NCBI GenBank assembly: GCA_904063045.1
Contig: CAJFCJ010000007.1
Coordinates: 3,727,404 to 3,791,403 of the forward strand
From: Dimorphilus gyrociliatus
Lineage: Eukaryota > Animalia > Annelida
Direction: 5' to 3'
DNA length: 64,000 nt
Below the pieces are notes generated by a model. It searched no databases. It worked only from the letters and a program-made list of their open reading frames with translations, and was not told the DNA's origin. Below are positions 1 to 20,800 of this stretch, one piece after another. How positions within the stretch are numbered: position 1 is the first letter of the stretch; each line of letters opens with the position of its first letter. A program made the translations under genes and the position numbers.

Positions 1-232
1 ATTCGAAAAGAGCCATTGCTATTAAATTAACTCTATTTATTTTTATTGATTTAACTGCATAAAAGGCGAATTTTCGAAGTCTCAGAGCCCTGCTCCGCAT
101 TTTCACCCAAGTCTGACTCATTAGGATTAATACAAAAATTGAACAGTCTATACAGCTTCCCTACAAATTTGAGGGGAAACAAGTTGATGTTGAATAATGT
201 ATGAGTAACGTTTGCTAGTAGACGGCAAGATT

Positions 233-8664
<8,432 letters not shown>

Positions 8665-8904
8665 TCTGTTTTACCTAACATTCCAATTACAACTGTCTTA
8701 TGCAACTAGCAGTGGTTATTTTAGTTTTTTTTTTGGTGCTTTCAGTTATTTTATAGTAGGAAACGGTTCAATTTTCAAAATTTACGCCGTAAAGGACTTT
8801 TTATCCCAAAAAGTTAATCAACAATAAACGAACTATACATTAAATTTCTCTTAATATATCATTATATTCAATATGTCGATCTATAATTTATAAATATACA
8901 TTTC

Positions 8905-11320
8905 CTATTGGGAAGAATTCGCTTCTTCTTCTGAAGAAGACACGTAGCTCATTGCTTCCTCCCAGGATACTTCTGACTTAGAAATTCTTGCTATTTCTTT
9001 CTTTGGCGGATGAGGCACCGCTATAAACTGAGCGAAATGCGTTGAGGGTAGAACGGCAATCCTTGGCTTCAGCATTGAATGGGCTAGATGAATACCTGCC
9101 GGTGTCACTATTTGTGCTCTAAAATGAGGAGCTCTTATAGCATTCTTCCTTCCATCTATATTTACCTGTTCGAGAAGTTTAAAATTCGACGACACATTAC
9201 AATTAATCGGCAATTTATCATTTTCCTTATCGGTGAAACCATTATTGTATTTAACGTTGAAATTGTTCAAACTCGAGATACCAGTATGTAAAGGTGAGAA
9301 GACTGCCGAACTTCTTTTGGCTTGAGAAATACTGGGAATCGGTAATTTATCTGGCAATTTTGGTTCAGGTTTAAGTGTACACTCCTCTTTTGATGATAGT
9401 TCTCGAGGCAACTTGACTTTGGTCAGAGCTTGATATTGCTTGGAACACTTCAAAAATTTACCTGTAAAATTTCGCAGGCGTAGATCTTTCGATACACCAT
9501 TTATGAATACTTCATAGTGATTTTCATTCAAAACACTTTTCGGTGTTATCATCACGTATTTTCCAGTGGACAGTTTGGTAATATGAGAATCTTCTTTTGC
9601 AGCATTTAAATTTTTCAACAATTCTTGAAAATCATTGTCGTCGCATTTAACAGTGGAAAAAACTCTTGCTTTATCTATTTCATTTAATGAAATCTGATAA
9701 ATAAACTTCGTAAAATCTTTTCTATATTCCATACAAATATCTCGAAAAATAGCAACAATATTCGGTTCTACAGTTGGATCAGGAATTTCGTTTTCCATTA
9801 GTTCGCTAACCTTAAATAACGCCGAGTTATCTTCTGTTTTGTCTACTGGACCTTCTATATCTTCGATTTGGTCAAGTTTAGGTTTTTCTAATATTTTAGA
9901 TAATTTTGGAATGAGAGGACTTTTACGCGAACATTTCTCTTTGACAACGGTATTTCCGGACTTTGCAGAGTCTTCTTTTGCCTTCGACCGTCTTAATATT
10001 GCGCATGTATGTCTTTTCAATTGAGGTTTCTTTTTTTCTATCTCACTGTTTAATATGAATTATAAAAGAAACCTGTGATAAATTAAAATATTGAAAAACT
10101 TACCAAACACAATGAAACATACAAGTTAATTTTCGACAATGTATAGTTAATCTTGGTATATCTTCTTTATTGGTTTTTAAACTCTTACATATACAACCTA
10201 GATAACAAAAACTCTTTTCGCAAACTGGATTCACTTTCTCTATCGAAAAATTTCTATCCTCATTATCATATGGCAAAAATTCCTCACGAGCTGATTTCGA
10301 TTTTTTCATTCGACGAGTTTCGGATACCTCAGAGGAATTGAATATTTTATGTAAATTTCTCTTTGGTAAAAATGGATCAGCCGTTTTGGCAATACAAGCT
10401 GCTAGATTCTTATTTATCTTTATCATAACAGTAGTAGCTCTAGATTTCTTTGGTTTGGTATACATATTGGCAATTTCATTGACATGATTCTTATAAAACT
10501 CTAAATTAGGCAATTCTTTAGCTACTAAGTTTTCCAATTTGCGTCTTCGAGTAGGTATTAATTTGGGATAGGACTCTAAAAGAACTTTAGCATCACCAGG
10601 GCTTAATAAGTCTTTCAGTGATTTAGGGGGCCGTTTAGTGAGATTATAATTACTCCAATAGCTGGCCGCCGATAGACTGGAATTCCAATAAAAAGTTACA
10701 TTATCTACCCTATCTATTTCAGGTTCCTCTACAATACAGTTTGCAGGGCTCGGAAACAAAGTAGAGGTGGAATAATTATCTGTCACTAGAGTAGTTTTGG
10801 CTCTTTTCTCTTTTGTAGGTTGACGTTTAACAGTTTCTGATTTTCTCCCTTTTGTTGATTTTCTTGCTTTTTTCACTATAGATTTTTTACCTTTTACACG
10901 CTTTTGTTTTTTTTCAATGAGAGGCGATTCTTGAGAATCATCCTCCAAAGAATATTCCTCAATATCAATTATATTAGTCGTTAAAGGCACATTTTTGGGA
11001 ATTTTGTCTTTTTCGTCTGGTTCACTCTCGTCTGTATTAACTAAGTTTATACTCTGGTTTTGGCATAACCTTGAGAATAAAGCCGGATCATGACGACCAT
11101 TGATATCAGGGTATATATGTATAATTTTCTGATTAATGTGAAAGTTAGGAGAGCCTGTGAAGATTTTATATGAGAAATTTGATTTCATAGTTAATGCTTC
11201 TTCGTTTTCGTCTTCTGAGGAAATAACAATAACACTATCGTTATCCTCGTCGCTACTTATCAAGTTAATAAAAGTGCTGCCGTCCGGCATTGACCCGAGT
11301 TCAGGAATTGGTGCTGCCAT
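8905..11320 (-). CDS. MGA conserved-domain (DUF4801)-containing nuclear protein, about 785 aa, 2 coding exons (11320-10104, 10045-8905)
   Basis: Cys-rich motif CEKSFCYLGCICKSL...HCRKLTCMFHCVC matches the MGA motif CxxxFCxLGCxC...HCxxxxCMFxCxC. After splicing it is followed by HTCAILR, similar to MGA TCARVR. In-frame TAA upstream of ATG 11320. Confidence 0.75.
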
Positions 11321-13184
11321 TTTAAAAATAAGGCGTTAATTTTAAATGCTTGATTGCTGAATACTAACTAAAACACATTCATATTTATGGCTAAGGCTAC
11401 AATAATGATAATTACAACTATTAAAATATAGATTTACCTTTCAAGTGAGTTTGTCGCTCCATGGATGAACCTTTGGCAGTCCTATATAATGATATCATAC
11501 ACAAAAAAATCTTGATTAACAAACGACTCACCCAAATAATTTTTTCATTACTTTCTTCTAAAATAGAACCAATTTATTAGAAGAACGGTGTAAAGAATTT
11601 GAAGGAAAAGAACCGTGAACGAGACATGCTAATCTTCCAAAGAACAATTTTTCCAATGAGCTGAAAAACAATTTAAGCTTCAAAAGAAGATTGCTATTTA
11701 AGGCCATTAGATTCTCTTTCTAATAAACTGAAACTTAAGTCTTAAAGAGGGTTAAAAATCATCCACACAAATCCTAAATTGCAACAGTTTATTTAGCCAC
11801 TAAGAACCTGTTCAAAGATGGCGGAGATTACACAATGTCAAAAAACATCCAAATAAGTGAAGCATTTTGATAATTAATTTTGAATAAAGTATACGAGAGT
11901 GATTAATAAGATGTAAATAAAAGTTAACAGTGAAAACTAGTACCTTTCATCAACAATTCTACAGAAATTAAAGTGGTATTTCTAAAAAGAGCGGGCACGT
12001 GTTTAAATAATGGACGTCTGGTCCAGTATTCCTTCTCTGGCCTTCATTTGGAAAATTCTATTATGTTCTATCACAAAAGTGATTTCAATATCATACAAAG
12101 TCAGCTCAATAATATGTTTAGAATATTTATCAATATATAATTAGCAAAGATTTAATATTTTTTGTAGAATAATTTTAATGTACTTGTATCAAATCTGATA
12201 TTATCGTTCAAAGTGCATGAAACAAAGGAATTTACTATTAAATTTAATTTATTACTATACTTTTGAGGTTCAATATGATTGAATGATAATAAAGAAGTAT
12301 ATTTACAAAGAGTAATATAAGAAAAAAGTAACCTATTTGGTAAAGTTATCTTAGAATGAGTTTGTTTAATTTTTGGCGGTAAATATTTAACTTTGTTCTT
12401 TTTCTTTCTTTCCTTCTTTTGATTCTTAACAAAATAAGAATATTGTATAATATATTACCTAATACATTAAATAAATCATTAGGGATGCCTTTTTAAGGTG
12501 GGAATTTTACTGTTTAGCAGTAGTTGTACAACCAGCGAATGAAATTCGAATACTGTACATACTATATATACTAATATATATATATATAGATATATTATGT
12601 ATGTCTAGGATTCTCAATCTTATTGTTAAATTAAGTGATGCTATGAGTCAAAACTTTTTTTGTGCTTGAATTTTATTTTTAGATTACTAAAATATTGTCA
12701 ATAGGGTTTATTCATATGATGTAGTGCTGTGCATGAATGTTGAAGAATGAGTCATCAAATTATTCGCTCTGATCGTGACGGGGTAAAGCTTTTGATTACT
12801 TTGAAAATTTAATTTCTATTTTTTGAGCATAGATTAATAGGTAAGGAGAGAGAATAGTTCTCTAAAAATAGCTTATCATTTATAAGGCTAACACAACTTA
12901 TTTTTTTCTAGCTAAAGGGTTCATCAACCTTTCGCAGAAATAATAATACATTTCGTTTCTTGTGGAGCATCTCTCTCTCTCTCTCTCTCTCTCTTAGTAT
13001 AGTTTCAGTCTTATCGTAAAGGATTATATACTATATAATATATATATTTTATAAATGCGTACTTGTGTGCAAATTTTTATCACTAATCATTGTTAGAAAG
13101 TTTACAACGTAATGTTCTAATGACGTAAACAAATAAATGGTACAATTTCAAACTTTATATCAACAAATAATATCAAAGACAACC

Positions 13185-13511
13185 ATGACTCATGCGATGA
13201 AAAAGGAAAGTAAACTCCGAAAGATAAAGAAAAAATTGGGTGCAACATACAAAATAAATAGATTAATTAGGTCGATTCTAAAGAATACTACTGGATTGGG
13301 TGGTACCAAGATTAGATTTTCGAAAAAAGTAATTCCAATGTTTACTGATAGTGGTAGAGATTTGTTAGAAAAGATTGCATTCAACTTAAAGGAAATGAGT
13401 AAAGATGAAGAAAACTTAAACTTAAACAATGCTAATATTGAATATTCGTGCATGAATGAAGATTTATATAGAGCAATTAAACTAACTAGACAAGAATATC
13501 CGCTATTGTAG
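13185..13511 (+). CDS. Highly divergent histone H2B-like (histone-fold) protein, intronless, 108 aa (alternative upstream ATG 13137)
   Basis: Lys-rich N-tail, then [58 protein letters not shown]. This aligns by eye to H2B [54 protein letters not shown]. ATG in AACCATG context. Confidence 0.6.
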   Translation: [108 protein letters not shown]

Positions 13512-13594
13512 AAATTATATTTATGAACTATTCATCAAGATATAGAAACAATATAATCTGTATACTGTATGCATTAAAATATTGCGCTTATATA

Positions 13595-15517
13595 TTATAA
13601 TTCATAATCGTGAGTGTCTAATAAATAAAAATCCATTAAGATGAGATAACTATTAACCGTTTGACATTGAGACATTTCCACCACAAGAGTATGATCAGTT
13701 TTGACTAGCGATGGCGAACTTGGTCTATAAAAAGAATAAACACGGATATATATATATACATGTGTAAGAGGTAATGAAAATATAATTAACTATAGGATGA
13801 CTATTAGAAAGGACCTTACACAGAGTAAGTTTTATAGAAGGCTGAAGGCTCTTTCAGAATTTTGTGATAAACATAAAGACGTATTCTAAATGATATAAAG
13901 TATATATAATAAATATGTATAGTGATGATATAATATACAAACCTCTTTCTAATAATTGTTAAATTTTCTTCCTCATTGATTATCTGATTGTAAAAATATA
14001 GCTCTTCATCAATATTATCCTTAAATAGGTTTGTATAGTAATTCCATACTAAAGTATTTATATCCTTCGAATCTCTAACACTAGTGCATTCAGATTTCGT
14101 ATTGGTACTGAGACAGCGAATGGTTAATATACCATTTTGATTAATGAAAATGTCACTTTTTGAAATTTCTAGGGAACTTTTCTTTCCTAATAAGTAATCA
14201 ATTGCAGATAGAATTCCATAGATATATTGTAATAACAATAAACCACATATTCCGTAATAAATGCAATCCGAGTACTTTGACTGATAGTGCTGTACAAAAG
14301 ATTCTAAGGTTGCTGGATAATAGTCTGTAATAGTTTTAAAATATTTGCTTCCGTCCCGTAAAAACATATCGCAAAAATACAATTTTTCAACGTTTTGATG
14401 GTTCAACGATCGCATGAACGATAATCTAAGAATGCTCTGTGAATTACATTCTTCATTCTGTAAAAATCATTGAAAAAAATTACAAACAATAAGACAGGAA
14501 AGCAAGAATGAAATCAAATAACTGTTGCCTACCATATAAACAAACATGTATTTATGGAATTTTATCTTTTCTTTAAGAACGACTCCATTACTGAATTCTC
14601 TTTTCGAATGTAATCGATATCGCTTAATAATTTGATAATTTTTAAGTATTGATTCTTTTGGAAAAGGACTTCGTAAAATTTCGAATTCGGAGATATTTCC
14701 TAAGAAAAAGTTTATAACTTCTTTTTTCTTTACTTTATTCCCATTAGAACCATCGTCTTCGTGTAAACGTTTCACAAAACCTTGAATAGTCTCCGTTGAC
14801 TTTGAAACTCCTTGGAAAAGATAAAAGTCTTGCAATATTCGTTATCATGTAAAGTGTAGTATATAATTTATAACTTTATAAAACTTTCTTAATTTGAAAA
14901 TATCTAAAATGAAACTCTAACCTGTTTTTCCTTTCTTAAGCACTTCTATCACATCTGTATAATTTCTCTTTGTAGCTTCCATTAATGGCGTTCTACCTTG
15001 ATTATTCACCTCCTTTTCAGTAGCTCCGTAACTGAGTAGGATCTGTAAAATTAAATTGTTAACGGACAAGTAAAATTTTTTAATAAAAAGGGATTAAACT
15101 AGTCCTTACCTTACAGACATTTGTTAATCCTTTCACACTAGCACAATGTAGAGCAGTATCATTATTCTCATTTAGAATGTTGACATTAGCATCTCTGTAT
15201 ATAAACTTTATGCAATTATAATTCTTAATTATGTAGATCACGCACCTTGATAATAATATCTCTATAGCCTGTTCATTTTGCAATACTATAGCTACTTGAA
15301 GAAATGGAAGTCCAGTTTGAGTACATTTAAAATTAGGATTAAATCCTAATTCTAAAATAAACTTCAATATTACGTTATAGAAACGAATTATGCACCAATG
15401 AATAGCACAATATCTGAAGTCATTATCCACTGAATAAAGATTACCTTTGCCCATTTTCAAAAGTTCATATACGTAGTTCTCTGGAGTTTTCTTCCTGATC
15501 AGTTCAGCTATGTTCAT
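13595..15517 (-). CDS. Ankyrin-repeat (4x) plus degenerate kinase-fold (pseudokinase) protein
   Basis: Spliced exons 15517-15246, 15194-15110, 15042-14922, 14828-about 14531, 14457-13943 and 13885-13820. The last exon 13724-13595 is uncertain; the gene may instead stop at 13816. ANK motifs DTALHCAS and GRTPLMEA. Kinase-like MRSLNHQNVEKL and TITDYYPATLESFV, without GxGxxG, HRD or DFG. Confidence 0.7.
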
Positions 15518-16440
15518 ATTGCCAGAAGCTAGTTAGCATTTGAAAGAGTTAGACTTAATATTACGGAAGAAAATATTTTTGTGACAAAAAAAATTCATGT
15601 TAACTTTGAAGACACTGTTTTTTTTTCAATTCTAAAGAAATAGACTTATCATGCGGTTGCCTGTTATAGAAATATAATATAAATCTATAGAATAAATATC
15701 GTTAGTCATTGTTATTAGGTCAGAAGATGGATTTTAGAAACAAAACAGAAACTTTTCGCGCCAAATTATTACATATCGAATTTACGGAAACCATAAGTGA
15801 TAAAAAGAATATCTTTTAATATCTATAATCTAACCGATAAAACGTTAATCTATATTCAGTATACTTTTAGCTACTTAAATAGGATTATTGATTTCATTTC
15901 TGAATATTATAGAAAATATCATAAATGTATGATTAACATAAACTAAGATAATCTTTAGGCCAGTCATTACATTATTATACTGATATGATAAAAAAATTAC
16001 AAATATAATAGTTATAATAAAATCCATTTAAGATACGATAAATATTAAGAAAACTCCTACGAAATATAAATAAAATATGGAGGATTTCGTTTGTATCTCT
16101 TGAAGTTCTCTCTCTTTTAAATAGAAAAATGAATTGAAACTACCTCTTGAATTATAATCAAGCAATAGCAGTTTTGGATTTTATCCTCCTCCGAAATAAA
16201 TTAGAAGAAAACTCTCATATCTGAGTGTTGAATGATTCTCTGAGGCTCTGACCCGGAAGAAAATAACGTATCTAAAACGCATTAGAATAGTAAGGAGAGT
16301 ATTGAAAAGACTTAGGGCAAAAAAAATGAATAATATTAAAAATTACGCTGTTAAATAATTTTTAAATATCACTGGTCAGTCAAAATATCGAAATATAGAG
16401 TAGGTTTGTAAATTGAAGGAAAATGCTATAAAAATTATAT

Positions 16441-16590
16441 TTTCCCGCCAAATATACAGGGGAGTATCCGGAACCAGGCTACAATATAGACTATTAGCAC
16501 TTCCGGTGTGTTTATTTTGTACAGACAAAATACCAACATATGTACATACAGAAGGATCTATAGTCTTTTGATGTAAACTACACGTGACTT
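16441..16590. promoter_or_regulatory. Probable divergent promoter region between the ankyrin-pseudokinase and FMNL genes
   Basis: E2F-like TTTCCCGCCAAA 16441-16452, ETS CACTTCCGG 16498-16506 and E-box CACGTGAC near 16581. A second E2F-like TTTCGCGC lies at 15754. Confidence 0.4.
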
Positions 16591-16754
16591 AGGCACTGGA
16601 CTGTAAACAGCACTTTTTCGCACAATCAATAGGTAATTATATGAAGGGGCAAACTGATATACAATAGGAAACACCTTCTATCTGCATTAGTCATATAATT
16701 TTGCCAGTTTGGCCTGCTTAGAGCATAATTTTAGTAGTATTTACAGAGTAGATC

Positions 16755-17770
16755 ATGAAGTCGGGTAAAACTCGCAAAGATGTCAATAAATTGACAATAG
16801 ACCCTCCTTTACAAAATGTCACTACACCAACATCAAATTCTGTGGCAATGTCTAATCTCGCTGAAGATGAGGTCCGGAATCAGTTTAAGTATATGGCTCA
16901 GGTAGTAAATTTTGAAACAAATTTTTTATCAAGATAATTAAAATGGAAATTTTTTCAACAGAATAAAATGAATATTCAACCAAATCAAGTTGAAAAAATG
17001 CTACAAATGTATAAGAAAGAAAAATTATATGAATTGATACAAATTTATGTAAATAAGGAAATTAAAATAAAACAGAGTTAAAAATTTAAAGCCTAATTAC
17101 AGGAAACAAAAGAGAAAGATGATTCTTTTCAACCGAAATACTATTTGGACCAATTAGCAACTCATTACGACGTTGAATCACAAAAGAAGGTATTTATACA
17201 TTGTTTTGTTTTTTTTAAATACCACTTTGACAACCTGCTTGTCTATTTTGTAAAAGTACTAGAAAGGATAGCATAGATTTTTTTTCCTTAACAATCAACC
17301 AACTCTTTAATTTTTTTTCCTCTATGTATATATGTATATAAATATAGAATTTATATACACTATATACAATTCTCTGCAATGTTGTCTTTATGCAAATTAT
17401 AGATATTTAGATATTTCCTTTAGAATAACAAACATTTTTTTTAGCAGTCCATCATAACCTTGTAGTTTAACCAAAAAAAAAAACATATATGAGACAATAT
17501 AACCATTATTTTAAATTTGTTCAGTTTTTGATTAAAAACACGTGCATACGCAGACAAAAAGTTCGCTGTTGTGTACATCAAGATCAAACGTGAGTTAAAT
17601 TCTATAAAAAAAAAAGTACAAACAAAAAAAAACAAACAATCCTATTTCGTCTAATGGTCGAATTATTATGTATATTTGAATTAGTTAGAAAATACGTCCT
17701 TTCGCTTAATTTTCGTGTGTGTGTGTGAAACAATTGTATACTAATATATAAAATCTATATATATATAAAG

Positions 17771-17828
<58 letters not shown>

Positions 17829-20800
17829 TTGCATTCATTCCATCTGTTTATGGGAGAAAACCAATTGTTTTGTAGTGTAGTCATATTGCCTTTTGATTTT
17901 TATTAAATGCCACATTGTTATTAAAATAAAGCAAAAAAAAACTTTTAGTGCTATTTGCCAAAATACTTATAACATTAATATTCAGATTAAGAATGTTTGT
18001 TTTTTATAAGCGTAGTCACAATATATTGATGATGTTAGATGTTTTGAATAATATTAATTGTTGTGGCCTCTAGACAACACTATTTTTCGCTTTGTTTGCC
18101 TTTGATTATCTATATTTCAGGCTGACGATCTTCTATAAATTTCGTCGTTCTATTTTGATATTTTTTGCTGTGTTGAATGAAGCCTTATGATACCTATTAA
18201 TTATCATATATACACACCTATTTATGGCTTTTTAGTTTTTTATTTTTTTTTTTACAACTACTAAAAGACATATATCTAATATTTTTTGTTGTTATTTCGG
18301 TTCTTATTTCATTTCATCTTCCTATCTCCCCTCTACTTTCCAAACTGAACTTACCAATAGAACCGGAAACATTCGGCAACGAAAGTAACAACGACGGTGC
18401 TAAAAGAACTCGAAATTTGCCTTCGAACTTATTCTGTCAAGTAAAGTTATTTTACATTGAAAAGCAGATTAATTATAAACGTATTCATTGATTTCTAATA
18501 CAATTTTGTTTGCTACAGTTGGGTGTCGCAATTTCTGGATCGAGATCAAGGTCTATGTATTCTAATAGATTTTATGGAATGGTCTTTATCGCATCTAATG
18601 TATAACTATTTATATATGAAATAACAAATACTTCTTATGTATTATTCTATTATAAACAAATAAAAGGCACTCCGATTGGAGGAAGACAGAAAAGAGGAAA
18701 CGCCAAACAGTTTTACAGTGTGTTGGAGAACCGGAAGATGACGTTTATTGGTGTGTTAAGTGTATTAGAGCTATTATGAATAGTGGTATAGGATTTCCTA
18801 AAGTGTATAATAATCAGCGTTGTTTGAAGAATATCACACAATGCCTTATGCATAACAATCATAGGTATGAAATTTCAGACTGATGCTATTTTAAGAATTC
18901 CGATACAATTAATTGTTAACTTTTTATTTTTGTAGAGCTAAATCTTTAGTCCTTGAAGTATTAACTGCTATAAGCCTAGTAAATGGATGCCATGAAAAAT
19001 TACTAGAGGCTTTCGATCATTTTAAAAAAGTTATAATCCTTCGTTATTTTTCCATTTGAAATGATAATTCCTTTATATTATTAACGTTAGATAATTTTTA
19101 ATAGACCTTCAAGGAGAAACTTCGTTTCGAGACATTGGTCGATTCCTGTAGACATATATTCTCTCATGAGAGGACGTACGACGAACATGAATTAGAGTAT
19201 TTGGTATATATTTTTCATTTGATATAAAACGATATATGCCATGTATATATTAATTACAAACAAATTAGTTATTTTTCATTTGTTCTCTTTATTTATCTAG
19301 AAAGCAGCAGTACAATTCATCAATATATTTGTACATACAACCGATGACATGCAGTTTAGAATTTATTTACAACACGAATTCCTTCAAGTTGATTTTGATT
19401 CTTTTCTAAATGTAAGTCTTTCTGACATGATTAATTAAATTTAAATTATTTATAATTGCTATCTTATGAATTTTTTTAATTGAAATCTTTTCCATCTATT
19501 TAGAATGTTTTACAAAGAGGAAATCAAGAAACTTTAAGTCAATATGCTCAAGCTTATTTAGGTAATTTAGTAAATGTCGAAGAGTTAATAAAGGACGCTG
19601 AAGAGAAAAGGGATGTTTTAGCCGAGAACGCTGAGCTTAAAGAGAAGTGTGAATTTGTAAGTTGTATTAACGATAGTATTTTTTAGAAATACTATTAATA
19701 ATTGATATAATAACGATATTACCTAATTAAACAGCAAGTCGAAAATATTCAATTTATGAAAGAAGAAAATCTTAGAATACAAGAATTGTTCGAAAAATCT
19801 CAAAATGAAAAGGAAACAGTTGAAAAGGAGAAAGAATCATTATCTGTAAGGACAAAAATGCTAATTTATTATTCGTATGTTTTATTTATATTATTAATTT
19901 TGGTATTTTTAAAATTAATTAGGCCAAGTTGAATGCTCTAGAAAGTCTGCTGAGTGACAAGGATGCTGAAATAAGAAAAACTCAAAGTGTACATGAAGAA
20001 AGTATGAAAGAATTGCTGAAAGCTAGAGGTAAAGTATATTAAAGGCAAAGGCTGATGAAAAATTAATTTTATTACCTTTTAGAATCTCTTAGGGATTTTA
20101 ATTCAAAGTCCACAAAAAGCAATGATACTGCTGTCAACAACACTGGAACTTATGTTAAACCAAACTCTAATAAAAGTGGTCAAACTCCTCAACCAATTCC
20201 AAGATCTGCTGCCCCTCCACCTCCACCACCCCCTCCCCCACCAGGGCCGCCACCGCCTCCAGGTGGTGGTATTCCCCCACCTCCCCCACCACCAGGTGGG
20301 CTTCCTCTTCCAGGTTAAACAAAATGATATTCTATTTGAGCAAACATAGAAAAGAATAAAAAGAAATATTTAATTGTTTTTCAGGAGCAAATATAACTTT
20401 AAAGAGAACATTAACTTCAAAAGCCAGACTGTCAACAATACATGTTCAATCGGTTCCAATGAGACTTGTTGCAAATTCTATATTTTCTCAATTGGATGAT
20501 GAAAAAGTTGCCAAAAATGATAAACTCTTTGATACTGCCATTCTCGAGACCATGTTTAAGGAACCAGAGACTAGAGGCCGAAGTGTCATCAGTCAAGCTA
20601 ATGATTTTGTTAACGAAGAAATAACGCCTTACGGCACTATTTCGAAGAAGAAGGCCACTACCCTTAAGGCTGATAAACAACGAAACGTCGGTATATCGAT
20701 GCGCAGGTTGCCGGCAATAAAGGATCTTATTGAATATATCACCAAGTATGATATCGAAAAAATTTCCACGGAAACTCTTACTATTCTACTGGAAGTACTT

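Noticed and set aside
13595-15517. Calling the ANK-pseudokinase RNase L or ILK
   Set aside because: Only four ANK repeats and no KEN domain; no resemblance to the conserved ILK sequence.
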